A DNA stretch of 64,000 nt from NCBI RefSeq assembly GCF_009914755.1, contig NC_060942.1; one strand, given 5' to 3'. The translations under genes and the position numbers were made by a program. This DNA is from the human T2T-CHM13v2.0 reference genome, Homo sapiens. Under the pieces are notes generated by a model. The model made no database searches. It saw only the letters and a program-made list of their open reading frames with translations, and was not told where the DNA came from. Below are positions 1 to 12,890 of this stretch, piece by piece (position 1 is the first letter of the stretch; each line of letters begins with the position of its first letter).

Positions 1-858
<858 letters not shown>

Positions 859-898
859 AAGTGAGCTTTCTTCATAAATTAAAAAAAAAAAAAAAAAT

Positions 899-1020
899 TC
901 TTTTTTCAGAGACAGGGTCTCGCTATGTTGCCCAGGCTGGTCTCAAATTGAACTCAGGCCAACCGCCCACCTTGGTCTCCCAAAGTGCTGGGATTAGAGG
1001 CATAACCACTGTGCCCAGCC
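899..1020 (-). mobile_element. FLAM / Alu left monomer
   Basis: agagacagggtctcgctatgttgcccaggctgg...ccaaagtgctgggatta. Confidence 0.85.
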
Positions 1021-1929
1021 ACAAGTGAGTTTTCTAAAGAAATACGATTTTTTTAAATCTTGTATTGAGTGATTATATGAATGTTTACAACTGTAAAAAG
1101 TTACTGAAGAGAACACTTAAGATCTATGAACTTTATTGTGGGAAATTATACCTTAATAAAGAGAGGAAAGAAATCTCTCATCAATCTAAAAAGTATTTAA
1201 CTTAGTTGAAAGATAGTATCTTTCATACTAGTGTTTATGTATTATTTCGCTTAAGCTGATAATTTAAATTTTGACAACTAAAGCTGTTTATTAAAAAAAC
1301 AGAAAATAAAGAAAGAGTATTCTCTAGAACTTGCTTAATTCTTTTCACATTCTAACTATAACCAGCTCCACAAATACTTAATTCCAAAGGGATGATAATA
1401 CTTTATTTTATATATATATTTCTTTTAAAAAGCAGTTACCAGACTTGACTTTGAATATATATTTTGTTGAATATGTTTTGCCTTTTCTCCTGCTAGTCGG
1501 TAAGGTCCTTAATGATGGAATTTACTCATCTTTATACATACTACATAATCTATGATAATATAAGCAGCAATAATTAAGAAAAGATTTTAGAATGAATATA
1601 AGAAAAAATACTATATTATAGGCCTCTTTGACCTATCATTACAAAAGAACAGATATATTTATATTTCCCCTTAATAATGACCAAAGAATCCTACACAGTT
1701 GTTCTTTTATATCCACAGGGAACTGATTCCAGGAACTCCAAAAATATCAAAGTCCAAGTATGCTCAAGGCTCTTATATAAAATGGTGTGGTATTTGCATA
1801 TAACCTAGGCACATCCTCCTGTATGCTTTAAAATCATCTCTGTATTACTCATAAGACATAATACAGTATAAATGCGATGTAAACAGTTGTTATACTGTAT
1901 TTTTTAAAGAAATTTCTATTATTAATAGT

Positions 1930-2585
<656 letters not shown>

Positions 2586-2913
2586 CTCTTTCAAATATTT
2601 TCTATCCACAGTTGTGGATATGGAACCCACTGATACACAGCTGACTATACTTTTTGAAATGCTCTCTGAACTCAAACTACTAAACACTTGAACTAAAAAA
2701 GTTGTCTTCCAAATACATGAAATAAGTATATACATTTTTCCTTCTCACATTTTGCTGAAGATTTAATATAATGTCAACATTTATGCTTAAGAAAAACAGA
2801 AAAGTAGGTAACAGTGCTGAAGTAACACAAAATATAAAATAAATTTTAAGTCTAAAAATAATTATCAAAAGTTAGCTCTCAACCCCTTTAAAATTCAATC
2901 AAAGGCAACTTAC

Positions 2914-3002
2914 TCTATGTCCAATACCATAGATGGATTGGATTGCTCCTTATCTTGTTCGTCATTATAGAACAAAATTTTTTTGCTGCTTACCACAACA
3001 TA
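2914..3002 (-). CDS. ROCK1: ROCK1 exon 29 (89 nt), YVVVSSKKILFYNDEQDKEQSNPSMVLDI(D)
   Basis: tttcag|TAT ... TAGA|gtaagt. Confidence 0.97.
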
Positions 3003-3209
3003 CTGAAATAAGAAAAAGGGGGGAAGAGTTACAAGAGCAACATTAACTTGGTTTAAAGTGATAAGCATAATATTTGCCACTAATATCTAGATTATACTGT
3101 ATTAATGTAAAATAAATGCTAGTAAAAAAAAGTAGCTAATATAAGTTCTATGCTCCAAAGTAAAATATAGAACAAAATACCAGTTAGAAAATAATTAGGT
3201 ATATGGTAC

Positions 3210-3280
3210 CTGTTTCTTCCAGCCATATCGTTTGATATTTCCTCTATTTGGTACTGAAAGCCAACCTTCAATTCTTGACT
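3210..3280 (-). CDS. ROCK1: ROCK1 exon 28 (71 nt), (E)SRIEGWLSVPNRGNIKRYGWKKQ (start of PH domain)
   Basis: tcctag|AG ... CAG|gtacca. Confidence 0.97.
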
Positions 3281-3736
3281 CTAGGAGAAAAAGAATATAT
3301 GTATTAGTCAGTCTTAAATTGTAACAAAAGAAAAACTATTAAAAGTTGTCTGACAGCATGCAGCAACAAGCAATTGAACACAACTAAATGAATAAGTGCT
3401 ATAATTTGCTCTTCCATGCTTCAATCACACAAATCAACTTTAATGGCCATACAAATATTGCAGAAAAAAATTCCAAGCCACTTTTCCCATACAATTTAAC
3501 ATTTAGTAATCAATTACAAAAGTATGAAGTAACAATACCCTTAAGAGCCAGGCAAGACTGGAATGGATTGCAGCTTAAATGGGATATGATGTAGAAGACT
3601 TTATCATTTAACATTCATATAAAAATAATCAGCAAAAAAAAAGAAAGAAAAAAATAATGCAGCAAGTGGAACAAATCAGAGCCATGATTTACACAAGAAA
3701 GAGCAAGCAAAAGTATAGAAGTGTCCTATTACTCAC

Positions 3737-3785
3737 AGAAGACAAGAATAGAAGATAAATAAATAAGGAATGCAGGCAGAATCAA
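3737..3785 (-). CDS. Candidate alternative ROCK1 exon in intron 27 (49 nt), (V)DSACIPYLFIFYSCL(L)
   Basis: Pyrimidine-rich acceptor cttgtctcttattctttatatctag|, donor TCT|gtgagt, open in the phase-1 frame left by exon 27. Confidence 0.55.
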
Positions 3786-4479
3786 CTAGATATAAAGAAT
3801 AAGAGACAAGTATTTTATTTGTTTTCTCAGTACAATATTCTGATTAAGCTTTTTGGTAAAACAACTTCAATTTGAATTTGTAACTATTTCAATAAAATTG
3901 CCCAAATTTGGTTGAGGGGAGCACTTAACTCTAGTGCTAAGTTCAATTGCAATTCTACTCAAACTAAAGAGTTTTAAAGCCTCTTAAGTTTCTGATATCA
4001 CAATTTGATCAACAGTAAAAACAACACAGAATCCATTTGGTCTACTGCCATTATTTCAACTAGTACGTGCATACCAGGAATTCCTTGACTATTTGATCAA
4101 GGCATTTTATAATAATTATTACTATTGTTTAAATATAACTAATGTCTACTAGAAATATCTGGGGGATAAAGACAACTCCATTAGAAATAGTTATTTTAGA
4201 TCAGGTTGGAAATAAGAAAATCCATTCAATTTAACTATTTTCCGTATCTACCTTATATTTGAAACACAAAAGAATAGAAAAATAACCAATTTCAAAGTAT
4301 GACACTAAAATATGAGATTATACTATCATTCAAATGGTAATCCTAAGGCAATATATTGTCCGCCTTCATATAATTTAAAAGCTATAAACTCAGTCTTACA
4401 GTAACAGTTAACAATAGGTAACATTTACTGATTTATTTATTCATAAATTTACTATTTGCCACATGCTTTATAATATCTC

Positions 4480-4690
4480 ATATTTAACCTATGTATAAGT
4501 CCATGAATACAGGATATTATATTCCGAGGAATTCGGAAAAGGTTCTACTGTCATCTTTCACTTACAAAAGAAGAGACTAAGGCTTAGCAGGGTAAACGGA
4601 CTTGGGCAAGGCAACTCTATCAGTATCTATCAAAGCTCTATGGTTTCAAACCCCGGCAGTCTAATTTCTGAGCTTATGTTTCTAGAGCAC
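4480..4690 (-). mobile_element. MIR fragment
   Basis: Core-like cttacaaaagaagagactaaggcttagcagggtaaacggacttgggcaagg. Confidence 0.6.
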
Positions 4691-4879
4691 AACACTATTC
4701 TGTTCGCAAACAAGCTCTGCAGTTGACTGAATTGTGGGAAATATTTTTTTCCCCTACTCCCACCAGGTACGTAATGTCTCCACACCTTTGCTTGTGTTAT
4801 TCCTCTTCATATAAATTGTTAAAATGGAGGAAATGGTGAGGTAACTTTAGTTCAAAATGATCCCTCTCTTCTCCCAACA

Positions 4880-5001
4880 TTTTTCTTTTTCCTTTTTTTT
4901 TTTTTTTTTTTTTGACATGAAGTCTTGTTACGTTGTCCAGGCTGGCCTCAAACTCCTGAGCCTCAGCTTCCTAAGCAGTGGCATGTACCACAGCACCTGG
5001 C
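4880..5001 (-). mobile_element. Truncated Alu monomer (FAM/FLAM-like)
   Basis: T-tract followed by gtcttgttacgttgtccaggctggcctcaaactcctgag. Confidence 0.7.
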
Positions 5002-8000
5002 TTTAATTGCTGCAATTTAGTTCATGAAGTAATTATTTTGTTGCTTAGGTAGTTCCTTGGTAAGTTTTGTGAGAGCAAGGACCATATCTTAACACTTGAT
5101 TTTATATATCCCATGGCAAATGACACAACGAGGTGGTACTTGACAGATATTTGTTGATTATTTTGTAATTCTGCATTTTTCTGAATTAGCCAATTAAAGT
5201 CATCCTTTGTAAATAGTGGTTCCAGTTTAAAAACCAAACAGGCAGTTTTATACTAAATAGCATGCAGAAGACTGTTGATCACATATTGATCATTCACCAA
5301 TATTTTATCTTATAAAAGCAAAAAAGTTATTGCCAGAAATTTTCCCATTAGTGTGGTAGAAATTGCAGCTCTGGTTTTAAAGTGTAGTTTGGAAAACATT
5401 AAGATGAACATTAGTGAGAATGAAAAGGAGTCTTAATATCTGATAATACAAAGTTGTTTAGTATTAGTAATTCCTCACCAAAAACAAAGATATAAAAGCC
5501 TTTGAATTCTTGACATTTACACAAAATTTGTATGCCAAAATACCCTATACTTTCACATTATTTCTTTGTGACAATCAATGTCAAAAATATTTATGCTTTC
5601 TGGCTCTAGATGTGGGTTAACCTGCCAGTTTTAATATATCTTCAATAAGTTGTTATATGGTATGGCTTTATCTGTCATTTCAGTGTTCCTTAGAAATTTT
5701 ATATATCAAGGGAATCTTATGAGTCAAATAAGCCAGAATTCTACATTTGCTCATATTTAAATTAAATGAAGAGGGTCAGGGAGAAAATAAATTAAATGAA
5801 GAAATCTGGAATGCAAATAAAGGTGTCAAGAATATGTGAAGGTTTTTGCCAATTTACAACAATGTCATGGGAGAAAATTTTAGTTTTTCCATCTGGTGAA
5901 TTCCCTCAGAGAAGCAACTGAACTAAGCTCAATAATAACAGATAAAAAAATACATACTAGCTTCTCCTGCGTTTCCTTTCCTTACGCCTACCATAGTTGC
6001 AAGATAATATACTTACCAGTTTTTAAAATATATAAAGACCTCCTCTAAAATCGGGACCACCTGTAACTTAAGTGGTGATCTGGAGGTATAACGCTGTAAA
6101 TTCCATCTTTTATATCACAAGCACAGAAAACAGCTTCTCCAGATAACTAAATGAAACTCCCACTGAGAGAACCTCTAAGTCTGGATTATCCTTAATAATA
6201 TTCTACATATGTACAAAAACAACTTGGCTCTAAATTTTATACAATATATTTGTAGAACAATTTTAACTTATAAGAAGTTAGATGTATATTACTGCAATAT
6301 CAGCGATTTCTTTACCCAAATAAGAGACAATCTAACTACATGTACATCAATACTCGATATAGCCAATTCAAACATCAGAGCTAACCTCTGAAGACTACCT
6401 AATTTATTTAGCTATACCACAAACATACTGCTTAAGAAACAGGGCTAAAGAACCATTTCAAAACACTTTAATTAAATTCAAAAGTGATATAAAAAAGAAA
6501 ATTAATTAATACTCAACAAGTCAGATACACCAACTTCAAATCACTAGATTTGGGCAAGGTCAGAAACATTCATATATTCAAATATTGGGAAACACACCAA
6601 GAGATCCACCATTTTCAGGTTTAAGTTACATAACCTAAGGTCAAGCTGGATGGAAAAGGGTATGATACAAATAATCCATAAGAGATAATGAATATTACTG
6701 GAGTATCAATACCAAGTTTTCCTAATCCATCATCTATTTCTACATTCTCTTCAGATGTCTAGGTTAACAGTTCCAAAAGAAGGAAAGAGAAAGAATGAGG
6801 AAAAGAAACAGTTATCACATTAAAGTTTTTTGTCATCTAGGCAACAGGCACCCATAACCGTAAGGGTAATCTTTATGTTTGTATTGTGTGCTAGGTCACA
6901 ACCTGCTACAGAACCAAAGAGAAGATAAAGACATAAAAGAATTAAGAGAATGAAGGTGACTTCAAGAACTTCAAAGAGTTATAAGTCAGAGAAGGAGTAA
7001 CATTTTTTAAATAAAGTTTTTAGAATTGGGAATTTTAGAAGGGAGATTTAATATTTAAGCTAGTTAATAACAAAATGGCCACTAAGGATTCATAGAGGCT
7101 GCGTTCTAGATGTGCAAGATAATTAAATTATAATCTTTATACTGAATGATGAAATATAAGAGAAATAATAAAAGTTGCAGTGTCAGTTTATCCATCCAAC
7201 TACTTAAAAAAAAACTGAAAAATGTGACCCATATTTCAAAAAGCCATCATTTTAACTTGGAGTAAACTTAATCTATTCAAAGCCCTCTCCTTTTTAGTAC
7301 GTATATTCATTTACTTATTTTCTAAACTGAAGTAAAAATTAATCATTAGCCATTACCTTCAAGAAATTTTTTAGACACTTGAATGATATGTAACTATCTA
7401 ATATTAAGAATGAATATCAACATTCTTTAACAATTCTTCCTAGATATGAATGCAAAACCTTAACTTTATTTGCCAGGGACCATTTTTGAGCATCTAGTAA
7501 ATGGTGGATTTAATACAGATTTTCAATTTACTAGCAAAATATCTGACCCACAGAGAGGTAAATAATATTGACAAAGACTATCCATTAATTTCTACTTCCA
7601 ATATGAAAGTCAAGGTTCAGCACTGTTGAGATTTTATAAAGTCTCAAAATTAAGAACACAGTAATAGGAAAAGAGGTATTAACTGGCCTCTTCTAGCAAG
7701 GGAGAATGGCTACCAGTACTCCCCGCCCCACTTGGTTTGGACTTTGATAACCTTAAAAACAAAATTCCTGAAAGTACACTAATATTCTAAGAAATATACT
7801 GAAAATGGAGCTAGTAGAAACATTTAAAAATCTCTTTGCTCAATAAGTCAATTTATTAGGTCAGGATTCTGAAACCTAAATGGATTCCCAGCCTAAGTCT
7901 GCCAATGAAGCCAGCTGATGGCACTATGAGCTTAGCCTTTCTGAATCAGCCACGATGGTGGGTAAAATTAATCACTTTCCTCATTAGCAGTCCCACCAGC

Positions 8001-8182
8001 TCACCTTTCAACTCAAATCTTCTAACTAGCATTCACCAATAATGTGTCCATTTCTGACATATTTAACCCAATACTAAGAACACTAAGGTGCATATAAGGC
8101 ATTATAAATAGTTAAAGGGAAATGGGTGGAATAAAAATAAAATTGGTCAGGATTTCGAACTGACACTAAATAGAGCAAGGTC

Positions 8183-8459
8183 GGCCAGGCGGGTGGCTCA
8201 TGCCTGTAATCTCAGCACTTTGGAAGGCCAAGGCAGGCAGATAGCTTGAGCTCAGGAGTTCAAAACCAGCCTGGGCAATATGGTGAAATCCCGTCTCTAC
8301 AAAAAATTAAAAAAATTAGCCGGGTGTGGTGATGTGCACCTGTAGTCCCAGCTACTCAGGAGGTTGGGGCAGGAGGATCGCTTGAGCCCAGGAGGCAGGA
8401 TCATGAACCAAGATCACGCCACTGCACTCTAGCCTGGGCAACAGAGTGAGACTGTTTCA
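8183..8459 (+). mobile_element. Alu (J-type)
   Basis: gcttgagctcaggagttc and aggatcgcttgagcccagg are J-type features. Confidence 0.92.
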
Positions 8460-8487
8460 TACATACATACATACATATATACATACA

Positions 8488-8521
<34 letters not shown>

Positions 8522-8566
8522 CATAGAGTAAGAATGTATACATACATACATACATAGAGTAAGAAT
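8458..8566 (+). repeat. (TACA)n microsatellite in the Alu tail
   Basis: Direct observation; the end (tagagtaagaat) is present twice. Confidence 0.95.
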
Positions 8567-9990
8567 CCCTATACTAAATAACTCCAGAAGTATCTCAGGG
8601 TTAATGAAGTGGGAATCTAACCTACCAATTCAGTTCAACAATTGAAAGAATGTAGCCAAACACTTCTAAAAGTCATATTCTTAGTGATGATTAAGTCTAA
8701 CTTTAGAAAGATGTTCAAACAATAACTAAAGCTACAGGTTCTTATTAAATTCAAAGTGATCCTACAATAATGAATCGTGTGTACCTGCAAGTTTCTCAAG
8801 AGGTAGGCAGTTTCAGAGAGCCAAAAATAGGTAAACAGAGGAGTTCCTTGACCACTAAAATAAGAAATATTTCTTCGCTGCCTTTCCATTCCCAGATACC
8901 TGATTTTGACCTAGCAAAGCCACACAAGAATGAGGCCAGGGATCACATAGCATACAGAGAGGAGCTGAATTCATTTCCCACTTTGAGTCCCACTTTCTTG
9001 ACCAAGAAAGATACTATAAAATTTTCTGAGTGACTCCTCTAGTTCCTTATATCAAATTCACAATAACAAGTAATATCTGTTAAAACAGAATCCCAATATC
9101 AAACATGCTGCTTCATAAATATCTTCCTATTTATGTATTATTCAGAAAATACACTAATTAAAATCTATTTTCAAGTGTATTATCATGTATACAAAACTTC
9201 CAAGACTCTGAACTAAGACTCTGTGTATATGTAAATGCATGTTTTAATAATGATAACCTACTCATTTTATTTCTAAATTGAACTTATAGTATGTGTATTT
9301 CTCATCTCTGTAAAGTACATAAAGGTATTATAGTTTACATGACGATTAAACCAAGAATGAGGTTGTGTTTATTTTTAAATTGATTCTCCACTGGGAAAAA
9401 GAAGACACAGAAAAAAGTCTCAAATCTTAGCCACTCATTCCTGCCTTTATTTGACACCCCCGGCCTCTTACTGCACTGCCCAACCCATTTTATCTATTTC
9501 CCCAAACTTAAAACTTAGCAAAGTCTGACTGAAGTTGATCACTACTCCACTAGATAGGGTTCTATATGTAGCTGCTGTGGTTCTGATGATAAAGTACAGT
9601 TCTTAGTTTTAGCACAAGAATACATAAAATGTTAAAGAGCTATTACTCACAAAAATGTACAACTTTTAAAAAATAGTGAGATGTGTAGTAGCAGCTTTGA
9701 CTCTCACTGTGGACTTAGGCTGCTCAAAATAGGTTCATAAACCTCTTATGGTTTTTATTCAGGTAAAGCTTCTTAGGTCTATTTAAATAGCCTAAGATTG
9801 CTTACAACTGCTCTACTCCACAAAATACACCAAGTGTATAATCATCATCAGGCCTTGGCTATCAGAAATAAGAATTCCTTCTTAGGAATCCATGGACAAA
9901 ATGACAAGGAGGTAGAAAACCAAATGAAAGAAATATACACTAATTTCCATGACATTTATACATGTTTGAATGATACAGAATTATTCTTAC

Positions 9991-10150
9991 CTGGGAGGTT
10001 ACCATCAGTTTCATCAGCACTAGGAAAACTAGCAACACTTGTAGAATCCGAGAGGTCCAAAAGTTTAGCACGCAATTGCTCAATATCACTCTCTTTGCTG
10101 GCCAACTGCATCTGAAGCTCATTCCTATGTGCACATTCTTCTACCAATTG
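9991..10150 (-). CDS. ROCK1: ROCK1 exon 27 (160 nt), QLVEECAHRNELQMQL...SADETDGNLP; contains caspase-3 site DETD|G
   Basis: aattag|CAA ... CCAG|gtaaga; ORF 9956..10147; DETD distinguishes ROCK1 from ROCK2. Confidence 0.98.
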
Positions 10151-10825
10151 CTAATTTTGAAAAGTATCAAGATAATATAATCAAGCTAAAACAATTTCCA
10201 ACATTACTAATTGAAATATGATAATTTAAATTGCTAATACTAAAAATGTACAGTAAACTTCATGAATGTTTGCTACCACAGATTTTGATACACTACAGAA
10301 ATGTCAAGTTCTTTCTCAGTAATACAATGCTCGGACAAATTCCTTTTCTCCTTGCCTTAAAAAGAGTTTTTGTTTTTGTTTTCAAACATAAGCCATCAAA
10401 ACAAAAAAGTTACAACAAAAGAAAATGCTTTTCTGGCTCCAAATGAAGTAGCTTTAAAGGTATAGAAAACTTCAGAAAACCATAACTGATGGAGCTAAAA
10501 AGCTTAGATCTAAGTGCCCGAGACCAGGTTCTCAATTTTGTTCTATTAACAAGCCAAGGGGTATCAAAAAATTAAGCTTGTTATTTTGATTTCAAAAAAG
10601 TGAGTCTTGACTAGAGAAAATAAATAAGCTACAATACTTCAAAACCTCTACCCCAATTATAGTTAATATTATAACAGCCATATCCCAATTTCAGTCTGAA
10701 ACCAAACAGGCAGAACCCTTGATTGTTCCCAATCTAAACAAGATAAATAGATAACAAGTATATACAGAAATAATTTAAGAAAATAATCCTTCACACTCAT
10801 ATCCATACACACACAGAAACCTTAC

Positions 10826-11014
10826 CGCTTGCATGTCATTCAGTTCCTTCTGATGTTTCACTACCATCTGGTTGAATTTCTCTCTTTCTTGGTTGAGTTC
10901 CAGTTGCAGCTTTCGATTTTCCTTTTCTTTCTTTCTCAAATCTTGTGTATTAGCTTTCTTTCTATCAATTTTAAAATCTTTTCGATTCATTATTTCTGCC
11001 AATTTGTTAACAGC
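10826..11014 (-). CDS. ROCK1: ROCK1 exon 26 (189 nt), AVNKLAEIMNRKDFK...KHQKELNDMQA
   Basis: taatag|GCT ... GCG|gtaagg; ORF 10775..11002; continues the conserved LKTQAVNKLAEIMNRK Rho-binding motif. Confidence 0.98.
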
Positions 11015-11384
11015 CTATTAAAATATTATTAATAAAGATCAATAGTGTAGTCATCCAATTTAATACTAAAATGTATTTTTTTCTTCAAAATCAGGAAGCA
11101 GGACTTTCTGTGTGTATGAAAATTAGGACAACTTCATGATGGTTGAGACATGATAACTGGTAGCACAAGTAACTAACACTGACTTATCACACTACTTAAA
11201 TGTAAGAACCAGGAGCCTTTCTTTGGTTAACTTTACAACCCAGTACTGAATCAAGAGTATGCTAATCCTACTCTGATGTTGGGTACTAGCAAATAAAGCT
11301 TCTATGCCTTGGCCACATACTCTTATCTTCTACAACTATACAATATTACTAGGCAAGTTAGCTTTCTTAACTGAAATCCTATTT

Positions 11385-11679
11385 CTTTTTTTTTTTTTGA
11401 GACTGGGTCTTGCTCTGTCGCCCAGGCTGGCATGCAGTGGCATGATCTTTGCTCACTGCAACCTCTGCCTCCTGGGTTCAAGCAATTCTCGTGCCTCAGC
11501 CACCTGACTAGCTGGTATTACTGGAGCGCACCACCACGCCCGGCTAATTTTTGTATTTTTAGTAGAGACTGGGGTTTCGATGTCAGCCAGGCTGCTCTCG
11601 AACTCCTGGCCTTAAGTGTTCTGCTGGCCTCAGCCTCCTAAAGTGTTGGGATTACAGGCATGAGCCACCGCGCCTGGCC
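11385..11679 (-). mobile_element. Alu
   Basis: Full dimer; TSD approximately ttgaaattctatttc. Confidence 0.95.
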
Positions 11680-11845
11680 TTGAAATTCTATTTCACAAAT
11701 AAGTTTTTTATAGTTAGCGGGGAGAGAATTTATTTGTTCTGATGAAAAGCTTGAACCTTATAAGCCTTGGTTTTAGGAAAAAGTGCATAAAGAGCAATGA
11801 TTAACTCAAAAATGAACATGTGGAAAAGATCGAAAGCATGTATAC

Positions 11846-11934
11846 CTGTGTTTTAAGGGTTCGTTCAGTGTTGATATTCTTTTCAAAGGCAGCCTTAAGA
11901 TTACTGATCTCCTCCTCCTTCTCCAGTTTATATT
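11846..11934 (-). CDS. ROCK1: ROCK1 exon 25 (89 nt), (E)YKLEKEEEISNLKAAFEKNINTERTLKTQ (Rho-binding domain)
   Basis: tgacag|AA ... CAG|gtatac. Confidence 0.97.
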
Positions 11935-12188
11935 CTGTCAACAAATTATATTAAATGTTATTGTATGGTATTAATTTAATTTCTGCATTTCAAACTAACA
12001 ATGTCTTTAATTATTCAAATAAGTATACATTACATAGTAACTTTCAGTAACTTCATTAAGATAATTCTTAAGGCTACAGAAGTTACTTAATATATGAAAA
12101 CAGGTATCTTAGAAACCTAACACAACATAGGTAAAGATAAATCACTGAATTTGATTTAACATGATGATTTTTTAAAAATTCTACATAC

Positions 12189-12282
12189 CTTCCTCTGCCT
12201 TCTTCATTTTCTCTGTTAGCTCTTCATTCTCTCTTCTTAATATTTCAATATCTTTGGTTAGCATGCTGTTTGCTTCTTCAAG
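12189..12282 (-). CDS. ROCK1: ROCK1 exon 24 (94 nt), LEEANSMLTKDIEILRRENEELTEKMKKAEE (start of Rho-binding domain)
   Basis: gtttag|CTT ... GAAG|gtatgt. Confidence 0.97.
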
Positions 12283-12539
12283 CTAAACAAAGCACACAAA
12301 AGTTTAAGCTCCAGCCTCTTTGCTATTCTCGTATTTCAGGCAGTAACCTTTAAATATACTGCTAGATAAAGACAGGTCAGACACTGCTGAACTACAGCAA
12401 ATGTCTGGTTTCCAGCTTAAAATATGTAATTACATCAAAAATATTTAAAAGTAGTTAACAGCATCCAAAAATTATTTCATTGTATGCATATAGATATATG
12501 TATGAACAAAAGGGGGGCATATGTAATGGCAAGATAACT

Positions 12540-12890
12540 AGATTGCAAACTAAGAAATTTGTATTTAGTTCTAGCTCTGCGATTAACCTAGTATGTGACC
12601 CCGAGCAAGTCATACTTTTTCTGGACTTCAATATCTTTATCTGAATATTGATGATGAAAACGATAATAAAAACATTTATTTATAGATTACTTTTAGTAAT
12701 ATATAATCATTACTTGTTATATGTTATATTAATCATTCTATGTCTACTGTCTTATTTAATCCTCATAACAATCATGTGGAAGAGATATTACTATTTCTAT
12801 TTTATAGATGAGAAATCTGAGGCTTAGAGAAGTTAAAGCCAACTTTGCCAAGACCATATAACTTCTTAGGGGCAAAACTGGAACCCAGAG
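12540..12890. mobile_element. Two MIR fragments in opposite orientations
   Basis: gtgaccccgagcaagtcatac and ttttatagatgagaaatctgaggcttagagaagttaa cores. Confidence 0.7.

Noticed and set aside
3733-3745. C-terminal CLL-stop of the read-through cryptic exon as a CaaX prenylation signal
   Set aside because: The cysteine is third, not fourth, from the end, so it is not a canonical CaaX box.
8770-9033. Plus-strand 87-aa ORF as an antisense gene
   Set aside because: No recognisable homology, promoter or splice structure; length is compatible with chance.
9798-11032. Plus-strand ORFs overlapping exons 26-27
   Set aside because: Antisense shadows of ROCK1 coding exons.
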